NCBI GenBank assembly: GCA_022813865.1
Contig: JALDZX010000035.1
Location: 62,001-126,000, forward strand
Length of the DNA stretch: 64,000 nt
Direction of reading: 5' to 3'
Origin: Xylographa opegraphella
Taxonomy: Eukaryota
Positions 60,501 to 64,000 of the stretch are shown piece by piece. The notes beneath the pieces were generated by a model. The model was given only the letters and a program-made list of their open reading frames with translations, was not told the origin of the DNA and ran no database searches. Each line of letters starts with the position of its first letter. Position 1 is the stretch's first letter. The translations under genes were made by a program, and so were the position numbers.

Positions 60501-61225
60501 CCGCCTTCCTCCGCACCCTTGCCTTCATCGCACGCTGGGACTGGCGCGCTGAGCCCCTCCTTGTCAGCCTTGGCACTGTCATAACCCCTACAGAAGTCGA
60601 CGCCATCACCACCCGCTTCGACGCCTGGCGCCAAATCGACCCAGCGCTGAACCGCGTCCCGCTCTTCGTTGCCTCGAGCCTCGACCCCTCCGGTATCGTG
60701 TGGACGGAGCGCTCCCCCTCAAAGCTTGTGGCCGCCCGCTTTGCCAGCCTGGCACGGGCGGCGTGCACGCTCGTCAAAGCGCAGGGCGCGGCGCTGGACG
60801 CGCGCGCGCTGTTTGTGTCGTCGCTGGCGGACTACGATTTTGTGATGCATCTGCACCCCAGGGTCTTGGGCCGTGCGGAGAAGAAGGCGAAACCGGTTTT
60901 CAAAAACCTGGCCATGCAGGCGGAGGACGATAGGTCGCTCGTGGGCTTTGATCCCGTGCAGTGGTTTGTGGAGGAGCTGCAGCGTATCTACGGCCCGAAC
61001 GTAGTCTTTTTCCATAATCAGGATGTGGTGTCGGGACTGTGGAGCCCGCATGCGGAGGAGCGGCCGTGGAAGGTGGGGTTGGGGTATTCGAGCATACTGA
61101 AGGGGAAAGGGGAGGGAGAGGGCGGAGGAGCGGTCGTGGGGATCAATAAGACGGGGATATTGAACGATATTGCTCGGTTGGGCGGCGATATGATTGCGCA
61201 TATTGAGGTCAAGGGAGGCAGCTAG
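57565..61225 (+). CDS. UTP22: U3 snoRNA-associated protein Utp22 (Nrap/NOL6), multi-exon
   Basis: INVVGSF, IDMAVTMP, DYLNNRYFHKRAYYLA, KVWLRQRGF, FWGEKAELRRFQDGSILESL, QFEGSNRWPED and WDWRAEPL. Confidence 0.93.
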
Positions 61226-61345
61226 CGCGTAATATGAAAATTGAAAAAATGTCAAAGTATCAATATGCTACAATACTCCAGTCGCTGATTATGTCACACG
61301 CCGAAACGGCCCTGCAAGACCCGCCATCTATAGTATCCGACATTG

Positions 61346-64000
61346 CTACTTGAACGTGAGCAGTTGCTGCTTCGACCGCACCTCTGACCGCTGCGACGTG
61401 AAGCCGCAAAAGCGGTCTCGGATGGCCACGACCTCGTACGTGCCTTCCTCGGACGCCTTGATCATCAAGGCATGCTCATACGACACCTCGTTCTTCGTCT
61501 CCAGCACGACGGACTTCTTGCCCTTGACGGCGTTTGTACTCCGCGTGTATCTGTGATTACATGTTAGCTTATGGTCGTGATAGTCGGGCGTCGTGTACTA
61601 ACGTAAAATGAAACGGCGGCGTCCCTCCGAATTCGAAGAGGATCTCTGCTTCACCGCCCTCGTGGATGTCGACTTCGGCGGTTCGCCCCTTGCTGATCCG
61701 CACGCTTGGCAGCTCATGGATGGTCTTGGTGATACTGACGCGTGCCTTGCAGGCATCTGTGCTGGCTTTGTCGCTAACGCCCGTGATAGTAAAGGTTCCG
61801 GGCTTTTCTGCAAGACGTCTGAAGTTCGTGGTCGGGACTGTAGCCTTTCGCTCTACGCCGTCGAAGGTGTAGAAGACATTGAAAGGCGGGGTGCCAGATA
61901 GTGTGTATGAAATGCGCTCGCCAACGCAGTATTCGGTTGTTGCCTCATTGGTAGATATACTTGGGACATCCACAACTTCGACGTACACCACGGGACCGTC
62001 AAATTCAGTAACCCGCTGACAGCCATTTGCGTCTTGCACTTTTCGTATGAAGACGCCATGCTTGCCTAGGGACAAGAGCCGGTGAGGAATATGAAAGTTG
62101 TAATCGCGAGTATCGATGTGTGGGACGTTCACGATTTCTGGCTTTGCAGTGGCATGCCGTCTTATGCCGATCTCCAAATGGAACGGTGGTGCACCAACCA
62201 GCTTAATGGGTATCACTTCATCGCCAGCTTCCTCTTCTTTGCAAAAACAGAAACTGTGAGTCTTTCCTGGCGTCACGAAGTTGGCAGTCGGTCGGTTGTT
62301 AACTCTCTGCTCAACGCTCAGTGGTTTGAATTTCCGCTTGTCATACTCATAAAGCTGATCATCGAGCTCATATAATTCATACTCGTATAAGCCAGCAACA
62401 GAAGTTTCCATCCTAACAGATGCTGTGTTCAGCCCTGCAGTATCTTTCCGTCTACTCACTGCAACAGTCCCTCGGTCAGGTTTCAAATGCACCTTATATC
62501 TGATATTGAAAGGCGGGCTTCCGATGAGCGATAACTCCATCGCATCCTGGTCGCCTTCGCATACTGCTTTTTTGACAAGTTTATTAGCCACAAGTTCGAC
62601 ACTCGAGCTCTCAGCAATCTGAACACTGGGTCTTGGGAGCCACGAAACGCTGAAGTGATTTGCTGTTGCGTCCACAGAGCCAGGACATGTCTTGTCGTGG
62701 ATGTCTTTAATCTCGTAGAAACCAGGTAATTTGACCCTTATCTCATCATTTTGATATTTAAGTTGTGCAGAGAGAGTAGATGGTGTTGCATCTTGAGCTT
62801 CATAATAGTTGTAAGTGATTTTCCATGGGGCATCTCCTGTGAGCCTGATAGGCAGACTTATCTCCTTGCCTTCGAGAGCCTGGATACTTCTTTTGCCCTG
62901 TACTTGTCGGAATGCAGCTTCGGGTCTGTGGTTGCGAACGTCGATAACAGCTTCTTGCTGCAGGAAAACTTTGCACCCAGATTTGTCTGTCACACTCGCT
63001 AGACTAAGGAGATGTTTGCCGCCTTCCTTGAGATTATCTGTGTAGAGAGTGTAGAGGTGACTGTCTATACCCTCGATCTTGTGCCTCTGCCGCTTCTTGC
63101 CGTGGACAATCTCGTATTCCAGTGTCCATGGCTCTTCTCCATACAAGAGTATACCGAAGGAGACCGGCTCTTGAATGCATGCAAATCTGTTGGGATACTT
63201 TTCTGTGAAACGGGCGGAGGCCGGCGGCCTAACATCCTGCTCGAACTTCAAGTCCTTGTCACGCAGAGATCGCATTGTGTAGACTCCATCGTTCATATCC
63301 ACAAATTCATACGTGTAATGCCCTGCCTCTGTTGGCTTAAGCTCCAGCTGAGTTCTCATGTGATCAATTCTTACGACCTTGGACTCCAAGGAACCTCCAT
63401 GCCGTTGAATATTGTATGAAACATGGAAAGGTGGAGTTCCAAGCAAGTCAAGGTCCAGAAGAAGTCCAATAGAATGTCCAGCACATTTATCAGGAATTAT
63501 TTCTGATGTGATAGTCAGATCTGGCTCTGGTGGATTGAGAAGCATACAAGATGACGGCTCAAGAACGTCACCTGAGCAGTAATCCGTAGCGACAGAGTTG
63601 AGAGTGTACAGCCCAGGCTCGCTTACCCGAAGCCCCGGGCCACGTTTGGTCATAGAAATCGTGTTTACATGTACCACGGCGTTGTCTTCCGAAGTAGAAA
63701 GCTGCGACTCTGGAGTGTAATAGTATGAAATATGGTATTGTTCTGAACCATTATTATCGTCACCAGTAGAGGCGAGCTGTATAGGAAGAGTTGCAGATTT
63801 TCCTTTGGCCACTTTCAAGGGGGTTTCCAGATTATATCCTGCAAGGGCTATTTTCGGCGGATCTCGCACAACAAAGGCCTGCTCGAGATGAGGATCCACC
63901 CGCGCAAGAGAATCCAAGGCTCTTGTGTAGTTTACAAAATTGCCACATGCATCATGTACCTCGTCAATCGAGTACCGCCAACCACCACTGACACCAAGAG
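61346..64000 (-). CDS. POM152: Nuclear pore membrane protein Pom152, 3' part (runs off the window edge)
   Basis: Repeated Ig-like luminal modules ([29 protein letters not shown]) and a last exon YTRS...[13 protein letters not shown]. The frame stays open to position 64000. Confidence 0.9.

Overview
Eukaryotic, intron-containing DNA from a filamentous ascomycete (Pezizomycotina, inferred from the gene set and from ~45-65 nt GT-AG introns with CTRAY branch sites). It is a gene-dense, mostly housekeeping region with about 21 supportable protein-coding genes: Sec24/Sfb3-like, a Zn2Cys6 transcription factor, an SDR, UTP15, DUF3253, a 2OG-Fe(II) oxygenase, a rhomboid, a Ytp1-like membrane protein, a conserved hypothetical, COP1, a secreted PAN/apple-like protein, MSN5, NDUFA13, TRM10, OXR1, VID27, DHH1, SMC6, cystathionine gamma-synthase, UTP22 and a partial POM152. 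I see no intact transposon, CRISPR array, rRNA or secondary-metabolite cluster. The best leads lie outside the ORF track. (1) A stop-interrupted HeLo-like (fungal STAND N-terminal) gene at ~17.7-18.3 kb. (2) A tRNA-like Pol III-type unit (TATA, A box, B box, T-runs) at ~22.4-22.7 kb. (3) Repeated GC-rich islands that always switch from C-rich to G-rich regardless of gene strand. (4) Recurrent TACCT/AGGTA intergenic arrays. All product calls come from motif recognition by eye. No database searches were run.
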